This document shows positions 26,976-41,100 of a stretch of 64,000 bases of DNA, piece after piece. Positions within the stretch are counted from its first letter, which is position 1. Each line of letters begins with the position of its first letter. A program made the position numbers and the translations under genes. This DNA is from Mytilus californianus. Taxonomy: Eukaryota. The notes beneath the pieces were generated by a model. That model searched no databases. It was given only the letters and a program-made list of their open reading frames with translations, and had not been told where the DNA came from. The stretch lies in the NCBI RefSeq assembly GCF_021869535.1, contig NW_026262668.1, positions 69,316,001 through 69,380,000 on the forward strand, in the 5' to 3' direction.

Positions 26976-28330
26976 ACCATATGCTGATTCCATGTGAATA
27001 GACTCATTTTAATAAAGTTGAAAGTCATTACACGAAGAGAAGCTTTTGCTTATTAACGGAAAAGTAATATTTTGTTATGTTATCAAAAATACTGAAGCAA
27101 ATTGTAGTGATTGATCAAATGTAATATAAGTATTTTATAGAACTTTTATTTACACAATAATATATACTACTGGTGCAAATTCATATCAGAGATTTACAAA
27201 TATATATAACAGAGATGGTATTAAAGTTTTCTAAATCTATTTTTTTATTTTTCTAATACTGACACAACATAATATGGAACCTCATATCTATAATACAGAC
27301 GAAAATTCAAAATGTATCATATCGTTTATGTAGTCCGATTTCTTTGGACCAAACAAGGACCAAAGTCTGATAACTCGGTTTATCAAGGGTGAATATTTCT
27401 ATACATACCAAACAAAATCTCAAACAACATGACATGTAAAAATTAAAAATGATTACTTACTATTGAAATTAAGGAATATTTTTTCGATTTCTTAGCTGCA
27501 TAACTGTACAAATTCAAACTGTTCAATAATTATTTGTAATTGACGTTTGATATGATTTTTATCTCATACTCATTTTCAAACGCATTTATTCATATTTGTT
27601 ATGTTCCAATTTGTAATAAAAGTAATTGTTATGCCGCAATAAATATTCATTTGAGAGTATATGTTGCATGTTTACTCTATGCTATCCTCGTTTAAAAAGT
27701 ACAAATTCGGCAATTAAGCAATGTTCAGTATTTTAGATACACAATACACAAAAAGCATAACACTTCATAATACTTAAAAATCTAATTAGTCAAATGCGTT
27801 TTTAACGAATATCTTTTTTGTTAAATTCGAAATCACAAAATAGTTTAAAATAACATTGAAATGTTAAAAGCTGCAAATTAATTGCATACCATAAAAATTA
27901 TCATACACATGAAACAATATTAACTACAATGTCCAAGATGATTTAAAAATTTCATAATACAGTATGTATAACATAATTAACAATAAGTTTTCCCCTTCCT
28001 GCTAAAATGTGTGATAAATGTTTTATTTGAAGCTTTGTTGGCTAGACTTCCTTTTGAACCAATCTACATGTATGTCTATGCTTATTCCGTCTATAGGAGG
28101 CCTTAAAATACAGGTTTTCGGCTTTGTTATCGTAAAGCGTGAACTATTGTAATGCATGTTAAGTTCCTGAGATTTGAATGCAATTTATAGATGGGTTATT
28201 TTGGTGGAGTTCTCAATAGTTTAGTGGATTTAATGATTTCTTCCATGAAAACCATGCGTCATAATTATAATATTAAGATTCATGAATCCTTTTATCTTGT
28301 TGGCATTTTAATGATTGGGAAAAATAGAAA

Positions 28331-28615
28331 TGGACTTATACAGCAACAAGTTTGAATAAAATCGAAAGAAATCATATAAAGTCTTGTCTTTAAAATGTAA
28401 TATTTTTTTAATAATGGAAGTCATTTGGACTTATACAGCAACAAGTTTGAATAAAATCGAGAGAAATCATATAAAGTTTTGTCTTTAAAATGTAATATAT
28501 TTTTAATAATGGAAGTCATTTGGACTTATACAGCAACAAGTTTGAATAAAATCGAGAGAAATCATATAAAGTCTTGTCTTTAAAATGTAATATTTTTTTG
28601 ATAATGGAAGTCATA
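28331..28615. repeat. ~95-bp tandem repeat, 3 copies
   Basis: TGGACTTATACAGCAACAAGTTTGAATAAAATCG... starts at ~28331, ~28427 and ~28521. Confidence 0.9.
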
Positions 28616-29117
28616 TTGTTTTTTCTGCCATTGTCCATCATAAGTTGTCGAATCGTTTCAAGCCTACGATATTTTGACTCATTTGGCAAGTCTGCTGAAC
28701 TTGGTTGTAAAAAAGGCCTAGTAACACCGTTTTTTTTAAAGCAGTGAATTAAAAAAGCTTGCAGTAGAGATTTATTCACATGACATTGCTTTCCATTCTA
28801 TTTGTTTTTATTAAACTAAAGCTAGGACGTTTTTAAATTTAATTTCGTCTTTTCGTATTAAGCAAGAGTTGGTTGGTTTCAGAAGTTTACTTTTTGTAAA
28901 TCATTCATATCTAAGACTCAATGCATCAAAAATAACTTTTACCTCGTATTACAAGAAATAAGTTTGCTACATCACAAAACTGAACGATTACATAAGTCCG
29001 GATGTCATAAATATTGCATAAGCTGATATATATGTCAAATGACAAGAAACATGGTAATAAACATAAAAAAAAAATTAAATGTACATGTAGGTAAAAACTA
29101 TACTCATTTATACACTT

Positions 29118-32100
29118 TTAAAAGTTAGACATATCTGGGACTGTGTTTTTCTTTAAGTCTATTTCCGGTAATGTTGTATCCCTAGGACCAAGAAGGTTAG
29201 AACGTTCACGTGGAAGCGTGATGAGGGTGTCAGGAACGTCTTGAATGGCTCCAGGTAAACTTGTTTTGTCCTTTGACATGTTTAAAATGCCAGGTGGAGA
29301 ATTGTTTGAATTTGAAGACGAATTTGAATTTGAAGTTATGGCGGGTTTATCAGTCGCAAAAGATACGGATTTTCTTAATTTTTCTTCCCGCTTATCTTCC
29401 TCTGTTGGTTGTGGATTCTGTTGAGGGGTTTTATTGTTTTCCTCTGTATATGGATTAATTGTAGCAATTGCCGTCTTTTTCTCCGTAGGTACAATTAAAA
29501 TAGGCTTGTCATTCAACGCTTCACCGTCTTTAGCAGTAGGCTTCATGATCGATTTTTCTCTTCGGATTCCGCTTGAACTATTATGCACGACTGCAGTAGT
29601 CACTGCTATTGGCTGCTCAACATTGACGGCTTGTTTTGTTTTATCTCCTGGTGTATTTCCATTTGGAATATGTCCGCTTTTGTCCTGTCCTTTGTTCACT
29701 GGTTGTTTTGCCATATCTCCAGATATATGCCCATTCGGGATATGGCCGTTTAAATCAGCAGCCGTTCTTGGCGTTTCATTCGTTGTTGTTCCTTGCATGT
29801 TCGCTGAGAATCCTGAAGTTAGCTTTGGTTTTTCTTTCGGGGTATCATTTTCTGGTACGAAATTAGGATCTGAAAAATCAGCATCGACACCACTGGGCGT
29901 TGCAGGGGTGGAAGTGCCAATAAAATTTGCACTAAGCTTCATATTATTATTATATTCACGGAATTTATCAGGATTTATACCAGTGACGCTACCTTCTATC
30001 CCATCATCATCATCCATGTCTACCATATTTATCATGTCGATCTTCTCTTTATGAATTCCTCCACCAATGCCTGCATCCACTGATTTCTTCATCATTCCAA
30101 TATGGCTTCTAGGTTTTTTTTGCTCTGGAATTAAATTTTTTTTTTATCTAAAAACAAACTTCGATTACAGAGATGGGACAAGAAAAAAAGATATCAAACT
30201 ACGAAAGATGTACGATGAGCAAAAAAGCTTTACATCGTGTTGAGCGGCTAATATGTTTTTATATTTGTGCGTTGAAAACCGATAATCTTCTAAATAATAT
30301 TCTTACGAACCGTGAATATATTTCTTTTGATTCCTCATAAGAGATGTTTAAAAGGTTAAAGGTACCAATTTTACAGCACCAGATAATAATGCGGAAAGTT
30401 TCGTAACCAAAACATAGACGAAAAGAGGAAAGTTTAAGTTTTTGCTTTATGATAATTTATATCTATGCTTAATGTATAATTTACCTTCATGGAGTCTTTT
30501 CTTCTCATCTTGCTTCGGTTTATAATAAAACTTGTAGAACAAGATTCCTCCTACAACAGCAATTATTAGCAGTAACAGTATAACCACAACAGCAATGATG
30601 ACTCCAGCATTAGATGATCCACTCGAATCAGTAGAGGGAACTTGAAAAAGAAAGAAAAAATGTAATAGTCTACAATAATACAGTTTGAATACATATTTTA
30701 CTATGTTTTAACTGTGCTCTCCTTCCTATCTCTTTGCTAAACTGTTCATTGTTCATATAAGACAGACTTTATACAGTAGCTTATCAAGAATGATTTAAAG
30801 AAGCTAGAATTATTCTGTACCTACACGCACCGCTCTATAGACGATTTCTTCTCACTAAATCATTCTTTTGATTACTATGTTGATCGATTCTATTCCACCG
30901 AACTAGAAATAAAGGATATTGCATCCACAGTTATGTTCTCTTCATAATTTGACTTACACCGACTAGAAGTTGGCAATTCAGGATATGAACTTTATGACAA
31001 CAGAGATGATTTCAGCTTTTGATCACCATTGTATTTAATTTAGCCACATTCTTGCAGCTCCTTCAAATTGAGTACATATCTCTATCAGAGCTTGCGTATC
31101 TTATCGTGATTTTTATGAAAGAGAGTTGCTGCTTACAAGGAAGCTATTGAACCAGGGGTTCAGAGGCAAAGTTTGTCATTCCTTCGAAAGTGTCAACGGA
31201 TACCGCTAGTGATGCAGGATGTGATTATCCCTCCGGAGAACCTGACATCAACTCCAATTTTTGGTGTGTAATGTTTTGTAGACTAAGGTTTTATTTTTTG
31301 TTGTTGTTTATATTTCTTGCCATGATATTAAGTGTTTTTCTTTGACTTGTCGTTATGATGGTCTCCTTGGTATCTTCTGTCTCTTTTTTTAGATTGTTAC
31401 TAAACCTGATTAGGAGGCAACAATAAGTTTATTAGATAGCAAAAGTCTTTATACTAGGTGCGAATTTGTATTGGGACACACTTTTATTACTAATGCAGCA
31501 TATTTATACCATCTATTTTTGATTCCAGTTCCATTTGATATTTATACCCCACGCTACAAAGTATTTTTTTTAGAAATTGCATACAGAAGAATATTCTACC
31601 ACAATGAGGGGCCATTGTTGACAAAAGGTCTCATACTATAATATGAGTTAATTTCTATACAAATTTACGGACTCTGGTCCCTAAAAATGAATTTTATCTA
31701 GAAACTTGCAATTTCAAGTCTTAGAGTCTGTGACCACAAAAACCGAGGAGAAATGTTCGAGAAAACAGAGCACTTAGGACGTCTAGAATTGTTTGAGTAA
31801 GATTGACAATTATTCGGTACCGTCTGTGCAATATAGGATTTAGCACTAACAATTATAAACCTTCACCTTTCTTTGACTCGATCGTTATTTCTTTGCTTCG
31901 AAATACCAACCCTTGTAAAACATAGCCAACACTCCACCCGCATGTGGCGTTATAAACGGTGATTATTGTTCAAAATTATATTTGTATATACGACTAGAAT
32001 TTGTTGCTTTTCGTGATCAAGTGTTTGCATATATGGTATATAGTTACTGCATGTAGTTATAGCTAACATTTATTACCGAAAATCTATTGTGTTTTCATGT

Positions 32101-35100
32101 TAATAAAAATATATACTTTTACGATAAAATCATAATACCAATACCAGCCAATTACTCCGGAGGAATGTAATTTCAAGCAAGCTCTAATCAGTGGGATATC
32201 CAATGAACGAAAACAAAAGAAAACCCACTCTTCTTATGATAGAGTCGAGAAATCAATAATAAAACAATACCGGTGACAATACTGATCAAAAGTTATTTCT
32301 AAATAATAATTATACATTTTAAAGAAATTATTTGTCAAACTGTTTTATTAGAAATATACATGCAAATACACGATGTTTTATGTTCAGTATTTATCGAGAT
32401 AATTGCTTTAGAAACTTGTGAAACTGAAATTTAAAAACTGCCAATCTAAAAGTTTGCTGCATATTAATATAAAAGAATGGAAAAATCATGTACATACAAA
32501 ATCGAAAGATCTTTCGGGTCACCAATTTTCTAAGTGTTCCAAAAAGTCCTTAGCATGTTACTATTTCCCAAAGTTTGCTTATTTTTTCACACCTAAGTTA
32601 TCGAGCACACCGGTCTGCTCTTGTCCCATGTACATTCAATAGAGAACTATTGTCTTTTCGTGAATGTAAACATTTAAATGTCTGTCTGCAGGTTAAACAA
32701 TTAAAGATAACTATTTTTATAAATTACGTATCTTTCAACTATTTTGTATACAACTTTTAGAAAAGGTCTTCTCGAGTTTTGTACAGGTATTTGCGGTCTT
32801 CTCGATATATTCACATTCGATGTTTACATCGAGATAAGGTCTGTTTGATTTTGCTTAGTAACTTAATTTTAAAAGTGCCAATATTTGCTGCATATCAATC
32901 GATTCCTTTGGAAATTTGTCCCCGACTTTCTCTGGTCTAGCTTTATATATATACGAATAATTAGCATGTTCCAGAGAGGTATACAGACAGTAAAAAAATA
33001 AATTGAAGTTGGTACTCCAGGAATTTATTCGCATAGCAACATTTTAAACAAATTTTACTCCAAGCATCTATAGCCTGCTGTACTCGTCGTTTGCTACTTA
33101 AGGAGGGAAATGATAACATTGAGTGGAAGTTTTGTTTTTATTTCAATCTATTTCTATTTTTACTATTCACCAGAACGTTTTTCCGTGAATCCATAATTGA
33201 TAGCGTCTTTGCTAAAATGGGACAAACATTGAGAAGATCTAGTTTTCAAAGTTTACAGGGGAGGTAATATTTTGTCACTATATTTCCCACTGTAGTTCCA
33301 GACTAGAAGTGTTAATTTTTTTTCACTTGAATTGACTACACAAAACAGCACTCTAGTACTAAGATCTTCCAATTTTCAGTTGTATCCCATCATCATATTT
33401 TCACTCGCAGACTTCTACAATACGTACCATCACGTGACATCAACTATTTAATGTCATTGTGACTATCCATAATAGTTGTTTTCTATAGATTACTTACCAC
33501 ATGTCACTACAAAAAAAGAAGGAAAAAAAGAATAGGGTTATTAGTATAAATATTTTAAAAATACATTTGAACATACATATGACAGTTTATAGTGTCGGCA
33601 ATACATAAACAACACGACCTTCAAGGTAAGAGGCAAAGAAACGTTTGTTGACCTTGGATATAAATATACAAATATGTCTTGTTGTATATGTTTTGCCTAC
33701 ATTTATTTCAAAAGTAAGAAACTTGAAATAAAAGACTTTTGATTGATCAATAAACGGGTGGTTTAAGTCAAGGTTCAGTAAATAAACTACACCACTGTCC
33801 TATAGGTTAGGGGGAGGGTTGTGCGCCCGCAAACATGTTAACACCGCATAAGTATGTATGTACCTACCCCAAGTCTGGAGCCTGCAATTAAGTGGTTGCC
33901 GTTTGTTGTTGTGTACTAGTATCATATTTTTTTTTCGTTTATTGTTTTGTACATACATCAGGCCGTTAGTTTTATCGTTTGAATTATTCCATATTTGTCA
34001 TTTCGGGGCCTTGCTATGCGGTATGAGTTTTGCTCATTGTGAAGGCCGTACGATGACCTTTAGTTGTTAACTTCTATGTCATTTGGTCTTTGGTCGAGAA
34101 TTGTCTCATTGGTAATCATACCACATCCTTTTATTTTTATATGTCACAGATTTTGGTAAAAACTTTAATACAACTTTGACTCGCTGAACAGTAACAGAAA
34201 ATCGAAAAAAATAACGCATTTCTTTTTCATTTCATTTTTGTTTTAAATAGAACTAAATGAATACTTTCAAAATAGGTTAACATTTGTTTAAAAAGCACAT
34301 AAAATAGTTTAATTAATCAATTATAGCTGAATATATAGCACATAAAATCGTTCCTAATTTTGTCGAATAACAAATGCCTAGATTTTTCTCTTCTAAAATT
34401 GATATGTTGTTGATACATAAATTTTCGTTTGATTAATATAAAATAATCATAAGGTCACCGACTTCGTTTTTGGTAAATTAACCAAACTGTTACCTAGATG
34501 GTGGTGAAAAAAAATCGACTTTTTACGGCTTAGAACGCGATGAAATTACGATTATTTCGATGTTTTGTGGTATTTTTCACCTAGAACAGCACTTTCAAAG
34601 ACGTGTATCGTAAAAACGAAGTCGATCACCCTATTATCATTTGACATCATTAAAATTTAAATTTACGTATCAAAAATACATCAATTTCAAAGAAAAATAT
34701 TTGCATTAATAATTGGATGTTTAATTATTTTAATACAAATTTCAGAACAATTTTCGCCGAATGTATGTGCTTTCTTTACAAATGTGCATCTATTTTGAAA
34801 TAATGAAATCAGTAATACTTCAGAAAATAAAACAGATAAATGCATTATAATTTCGAATTTCTGTTATGGTTCAATGAGCCAATTTGAAAGTTGATTTGAT
34901 AATGCAACATGAAATGATAAAGATCCCTATTGATCTTTAAATTAGGTCATTCGTTCAAAGGTAAATGTCAAACTGATGTTGATAAACTAAATTGGAGCAA
35001 ACATTTGGTTTCAGAATGATATTTTTTGAATTAGTTATCTAACCTTCAGCAAACTTAACTGTCGAATGCCCTTTGGAAAGAACACGACCCCTTTTGCCTA

Positions 35101-38100
35101 CCAATACACTAGAATTTGGGAAAAGGTTTTGTTTTTCGACAATGTGTTTTTTGAGTCATCCGATCTTTACTTATTTTTGGTAGATAATTCGCCTTGGGAT
35201 TAAGCGCCCTGCTGATTTTTTAAATGCAGTACGTCAATGTCGTTAATTTATTCTTTTAAAGATTTTTTTTAAGAGGATTCCAAATTTTCTTACATTTGAT
35301 TAGAAATGGTCGTTGCTATGGATACCATACATGTAAGCAAGCTAATTATGAAGATGGTTATGTCACCATTTGACTTCAATTTCTAATACACAATAATAAA
35401 CAGTTACTACTTCAATCAAACTTTCTTGTCCTGATCTTTAAAAAGAAGCAAATTCAGAAAAATATGAGTACTGCCGCATAACCAGTTCTCCTACATGAAA
35501 TATGGAAGTATTGACACAAGTCCGAATTGAAAGTCGAGAAGGACATTTGGAAATCAATGTCTTTTACAAACTGTTCCTCAGATGATACAAACTAAATAAT
35601 GAAAAGGGAGAATTACAAACTGCCATGCGCTTGTTAGCTTCAGGACATAGAGCCATATTGATTAAATTTAATCTAGTGATGGGAATTGTCACACTCAAAA
35701 ACCATTTTTTTCTCAGAGTATTAGAGATTCTTTGGCATTACGAAAGTTTGGTGATAGATCTATGAAATTTTCTAGTGGATTTATTCGCAAATTAATTTTA
35801 GACTCGTGGCGATTTAGAACTTGTAAAATGTTTATAGACACCTGTATATTATCAAAGACAGTACGTTGACTTCTTTTTGTCTTTAGGCTGTTTATGTTGA
35901 TAGATTGATGTTTCAATCCTTATACTGTATATCTCATTTTATTCTTACTCATTCTTACTTGTAGAAACTTGAAGACAGATATTAAAAAAAAATCCTATGA
36001 ATCCTAATAGAAAATGTTTTACTTATTACTCACGATAAGGTGTCAGATGGAGAAGGCCACCTGCTGCAGCTACTGACTCGGGATAAAATACTGCGTTGTC
36101 TGCTGGTTTAGAAGTAGCAGTTTGACCTTCATGGCACATACGAACTCGTTGTGATGCTGTTATGTTTGTACTGTCATATTGTGCTATCTATATAAAAGCA
36201 GACGTAATTTATACAGTATTGTATAACTGTAATTGGTATAATGATGTTAGAATGATAAATTACAAAAAAAGATTAACTTGTTTGGAAAGTCGTTCACATT
36301 ATTTTCGTAATTCCCAGGGTCGCCTGACATTGGGCAACGTCCAGTGAAAATTGGTTTGGTCCAGTAAAGTTATATGCATTAGTGATGCCTGGGGACTAAC
36401 CTTGTATATCATTCAAATCATCTTGGCATGACAAACCAGAATATATATGGTTAAGGGGTGGGGATCTCAACCATTTACAAGATACTAGAACATTGGGGGT
36501 GGGGAGGAACCCCATGGGACTGACCCTATACGTCATTCAAATGTTAATTACATGACGAACAGGAAGATATAAGGTTTAGGGGTGGGGATCTCAACCATTT
36601 ACAAGATATTAGAACATTGGGGGTGGGGGAACCCCTGGGGACTGACCGTATACGTCATTCAAGTGTTCGAGACATGACAAATAGGAATATATATGGTTTA
36701 GGGTTGGGGATCTCAACCATTTACAAGATATTAGAACTTTCTTAAATGGCAGGGGGTGGGGGTGACCCCTGGGGACTAACCCTGTATTTCATTTGATGTG
36801 CTTTATCATGACAAACCAGAATATATATGGTTTAGGGTGGGGATCTCGACCATTTACAAGATATCAGAACTTTCTCAAATGGCAGGGGGTCGGGATGACC
36901 CCTGGGGACTAACCCTGTATAACATTCAAACCATCTTAGCATGACAAACCAGAATATATATGGTTTAGGGGTGGGGATCTTGACCACTTACAAGATATTA
37001 GAACTTTCTTAAATGGCAGGGGGTGGGGGTGACCCCTGGGGACTAACCCTATTATTCATTTGATGTGCTTTATCATGACAAACCAGAATATATATGGTTT
37101 AGGGGTGGGGATCTCGACCATTTACAAGATATTAGAACTTTCTCAAATGGCAGGGGGTCGGGATGACCCCTGGGGACTAACCCTATATATCATTCAAACC
37201 ATCTTAGCATGACAAACCAGAATATTTATGGTTTAGGGGTGGGGATCTTGACCACTTAGAAGATATTAGAACTTTCTTAAATGGCAGGGGTGGGGGTGAC
37301 CCCTGGGGACTAACCCTGTATTTCATTTGATGTGCTTTATCATGACAAACCAGAATATATATGGTTTAGGGGTGGGGATCTCGACCATTTACAAGATATT
37401 AGAACTTTCTCAAATGGCAGGGGGTCGGGATGACCCCTGGGGACTAACCATGTATATCATTCAAACCATCTTAGCATAACAAACCAAAATATATATGGTT
37501 TAGGGGTGGGGATCTTGACCACTTACAAGGTATTAGAACTTTCTTAAATGGCAGGGGTGGGGTGGACCCTGGGGACTAACCCTGTATTTCATTTAATGGG
37601 CTTTATCATTTAGAACATTTTCAATTAAAAAGATTGTGTCTATCACAAACGGTTTTCAATTTATAATCATTTGAAAATTTAAAAAAATAAAATCCCATAG
37701 GGTTCTATAGTAAAACCCTCTTTTCTTTATAGAACAAAGTACCCCTATATAAACCCCATTGCACAAACAAAACCCTGATTGCACCACTAGACATGTTAGT
37801 GTGAAACCCTAAGTTAATCTGACAAGCGGTTTTGGAGAACGGGTGCGGACAAGTTCAAATTTAAAAGCGGCGGAAGAAGAAGAAGAAGAAGAAGAAGAAG
37901 AAGAAGAAGAAGAAGAAGAAGAAGAACTGAGCAAAAACAATAAGTCTTCCCAAACTTCGTTTGGGAGACTTAAATATAGAAAACAACGCAGGTGAAAGGT
38001 TTTCCCCTTGCCGTACCCACATCTCACAAGGGAAGAAATCGGATTTTGGCCCTGGTGTATAATACGAGATGACAGATATTTGATATTTTTTGATAAATTC

Positions 38101-41100
38101 TTTCATAATCCTGTAGACTAACTTGGGGCGAAATATAGCTTGACATATTGTAAAGACAGCTGTATATTGGTGAACACAATATATTGCCTTAAAGATGTCT
38201 TTTGGTTTTTATGTCGTTGGTTATCAGTCTTATTGACGTATACCAAACATCTCATTAGATTGACATAAAGCGGATAGAAACAATGGTTTGAAAACCAAAC
38301 TGTTTGACGAAAGAAGATAATATAATGACATTTGAAAACATTAAAGAAGAAATACTTTTAAGGACTGAAAGTTAACATCTAAACTACATCGTATATTATT
38401 TCATCTTTAAATATGAGAGCAAAGCAGAGACTCATTATGTCTCCCGATCACCCCCAGTTTTTAATGGTTCATTATAATCCCAAGTTTATAATGACTAATT
38501 ATCATCCTTAGTTTGTTATGGCTCATTATCATCCCCAGTTTGTAATGGCTCATTATCATCCCCAGTTTGCAATGGCTCATTATCATCCCCAGTTTGTAAT
38601 GGCTCATTACCATCCCCAATTTGTAATGGCTCATTATCACCCCAGTTTGTAATGGTTCATTATCGCCCCCAGTTTGTAATGGTTCATTATCGTCCCCAGT
38701 TTGTAATAGCTCATTATCACCCCCAGTTTGTAATGGTTCATTATCAACCCCAGTTCTTAATGGGGTTTTTATTGCTGAGTCCTAAGTTGTGTAATTTTTC
38801 TTCTTATTATTTTTGCCACGGGTTTGTCAGTTTTGAATGTCCCTTTGGTACCTTCCACCTTTACTTTACCTAACATAACGTTTTGTGTATTGAAGTTCTC
38901 AACATATCAGGACATAATAGAACTGTTGAAATTTAACAATGTCGAGTCGCAAGCAGACAAATCGAGATGCGGGTTCTGTCAACATGGAAGTTACAAAAGG
39001 CAAGTAAAGAGTTAAGAAAATCGAGCTGCGATTAACTGCATTGAAACCGGTTTTCGTTATGATATAGAAAAACAATATGAAGTTGATACATTTTGTGCAA
39101 TTCACAACTCGCAATTTTTGCAGATATAAAAACAAAAAACTCGTTTCATCAAGATATAAGTGTTTTAATCTTACCACACACGCAAATCTTGGATTAATTC
39201 CATTGGATATGACTGAATCAAAGTTATACCATGATGTATAGTATGTAGAACCAGACTCTATATTCACAACACATCCAAAATACCTATTGCCTGTATAAGT
39301 AAAAAATATCAAGTTAACTCTTAAATAATGTGATTCTTGTGACATTTAACGTGTTTATATAATGTTATTATAACGTTATTCTAATGTCACAATGAATGTG
39401 CAAAGAGTGTGTTTTGTATGGTAAACTCTTAGTTTGCAGATATGAACATGTACCAAATGCCTTCTGTCAAAAGTATTCCTTAGAATGGAATCACTAATGA
39501 ATCTATAAACATTATGTTTCCTTAACTCTGGTATACATTTGTACACTGATCAATATTTAGAATACATTTCAACGTTCTTTTGAACTGATACTGTTAATAT
39601 CGATTACCTAGATTACCGAGATGAATTTCAATACTTATCGGTTCCCGTATTTTCTGCCTTGTTTGATAATGGTGGATGCTGATGATGACGACGATGATGA
39701 TGGTGATGACGACGATGATGATGAAACTTATTGGTGTTTAGTATCCAGTAGCAATTATTTCCATGCATGTGTTAGATGGTAGAACACTCTGGCTCGCGGA
39801 AAACACATTCAAGACGGCTTTGTTTTAGAATGACACGCTGAGCCATTTGTTTTGGCGCTAGTTTATAAGTGCCCTCAGAACGACATGCCACCCTACATTG
39901 ACACATTATTCACACTCAGAGTCGCTCCCTTAGCGGAGACGCAGTCGATACCACTTTTCGAATCTTTGGTTTTACCTGCTCAGGGATCGATACCATACCC
40001 CATCGAGGCAAACACCCTACAACAAGACCACCAAGACGTTCTGCCTTGTATGTGTCTAAACTTGACTTGAAATCATAATAATTGTATGTAGCCACGACTA
40101 AGACAACAAATACAAATAAGATTGTTTTGTTGCAAACATTTATAAAAGCAGAATATGGAAATAATATTTCGCATATAACAGCCAGTTTGGTTCAATTTTG
40201 TTAATCATGTTAATACAGGCTCAAAAACCTTGTTGGAGTATAATAATTTGATTGCATGTAAATAATTTCAACCTCATTTGAATCCGTATTCATGCGACCT
40301 TTGATATACCCTTTGTTGGAGATGGGTTTCGCATGTGTCGCATGTACAATGATTGAAACCGAAATCAAACTAAGAAGGGCAGCAAAGGAAGACCGATATC
40401 TCTGATTGATTCGGCCCGAAAAAAAATCAGTCTTAAACAAGTTATGAGTTAATAATTTATATTTAATTTGTATGTTTGTATGTACATTGTATGAAATGAG
40501 ATCAAACTAAGAAAGTCTACCTTATACGGTTGCACGTGCTTACCTGTCTATTTGTAATTTATGTTTACCTGTCTGTAAATATTTATATTTATAACGGGGT
40601 CACATACCAATCGACAGTTTTCGTGGGTCATGTCAATAGTTAATTAGATGGCGTCCAGTCAGGAACATACACCAAATGTTGATACTTTATAATGCTTCCA
40701 AACATTGTGTATTCATGATTGATCGATTTCTATGGAACTTTCATCGATAGTAGTAGTCAATATTAAATCCAGTTTGTGAGTTTGAATAAATTCAGTGGGC
40801 CAGCAAGTACCCCTTTAGTTATAAAATAGTGTCAATTTATTTTCGAAATCCCTCATGTACCTCGTTTTACATATTTATAACATTTAGAGACAAAGGGTTC
40901 GATTTAAAATTAAAAACAATTATAGCTTAATATTTAAACGATTTCGAATGTTGATACTTACCAGAAAAGGCTACTTTAAGTTCGTTGGAAGATCCTGTTA
41001 CATATGTTACATTGGCTGATTTAAGAGTATCACACGCAGTTATGTTGCCTGTACTTTCTTGGCTTATCGTATCTTGAAAAGTGAACTTGAAATTACCAAG

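Noticed and set aside
29434-30054. 206-aa hydrophobic + strand ORF (also 29261-29458 and 29636-29866)
   Set aside because: Antisense shadow of the polar, low-complexity last exon of the membrane-protein gene.
37809-38106. Poly-Ser / poly-Phe ORFs
   Set aside because: Products of the (GAA)n microsatellite joined to an RT fragment.
38899-39345. 148-aa ORF as a standalone gene
   Set aside because: Only 39290-39175 is exonic (exon 6 of the membrane protein); the rest is intron read-through.
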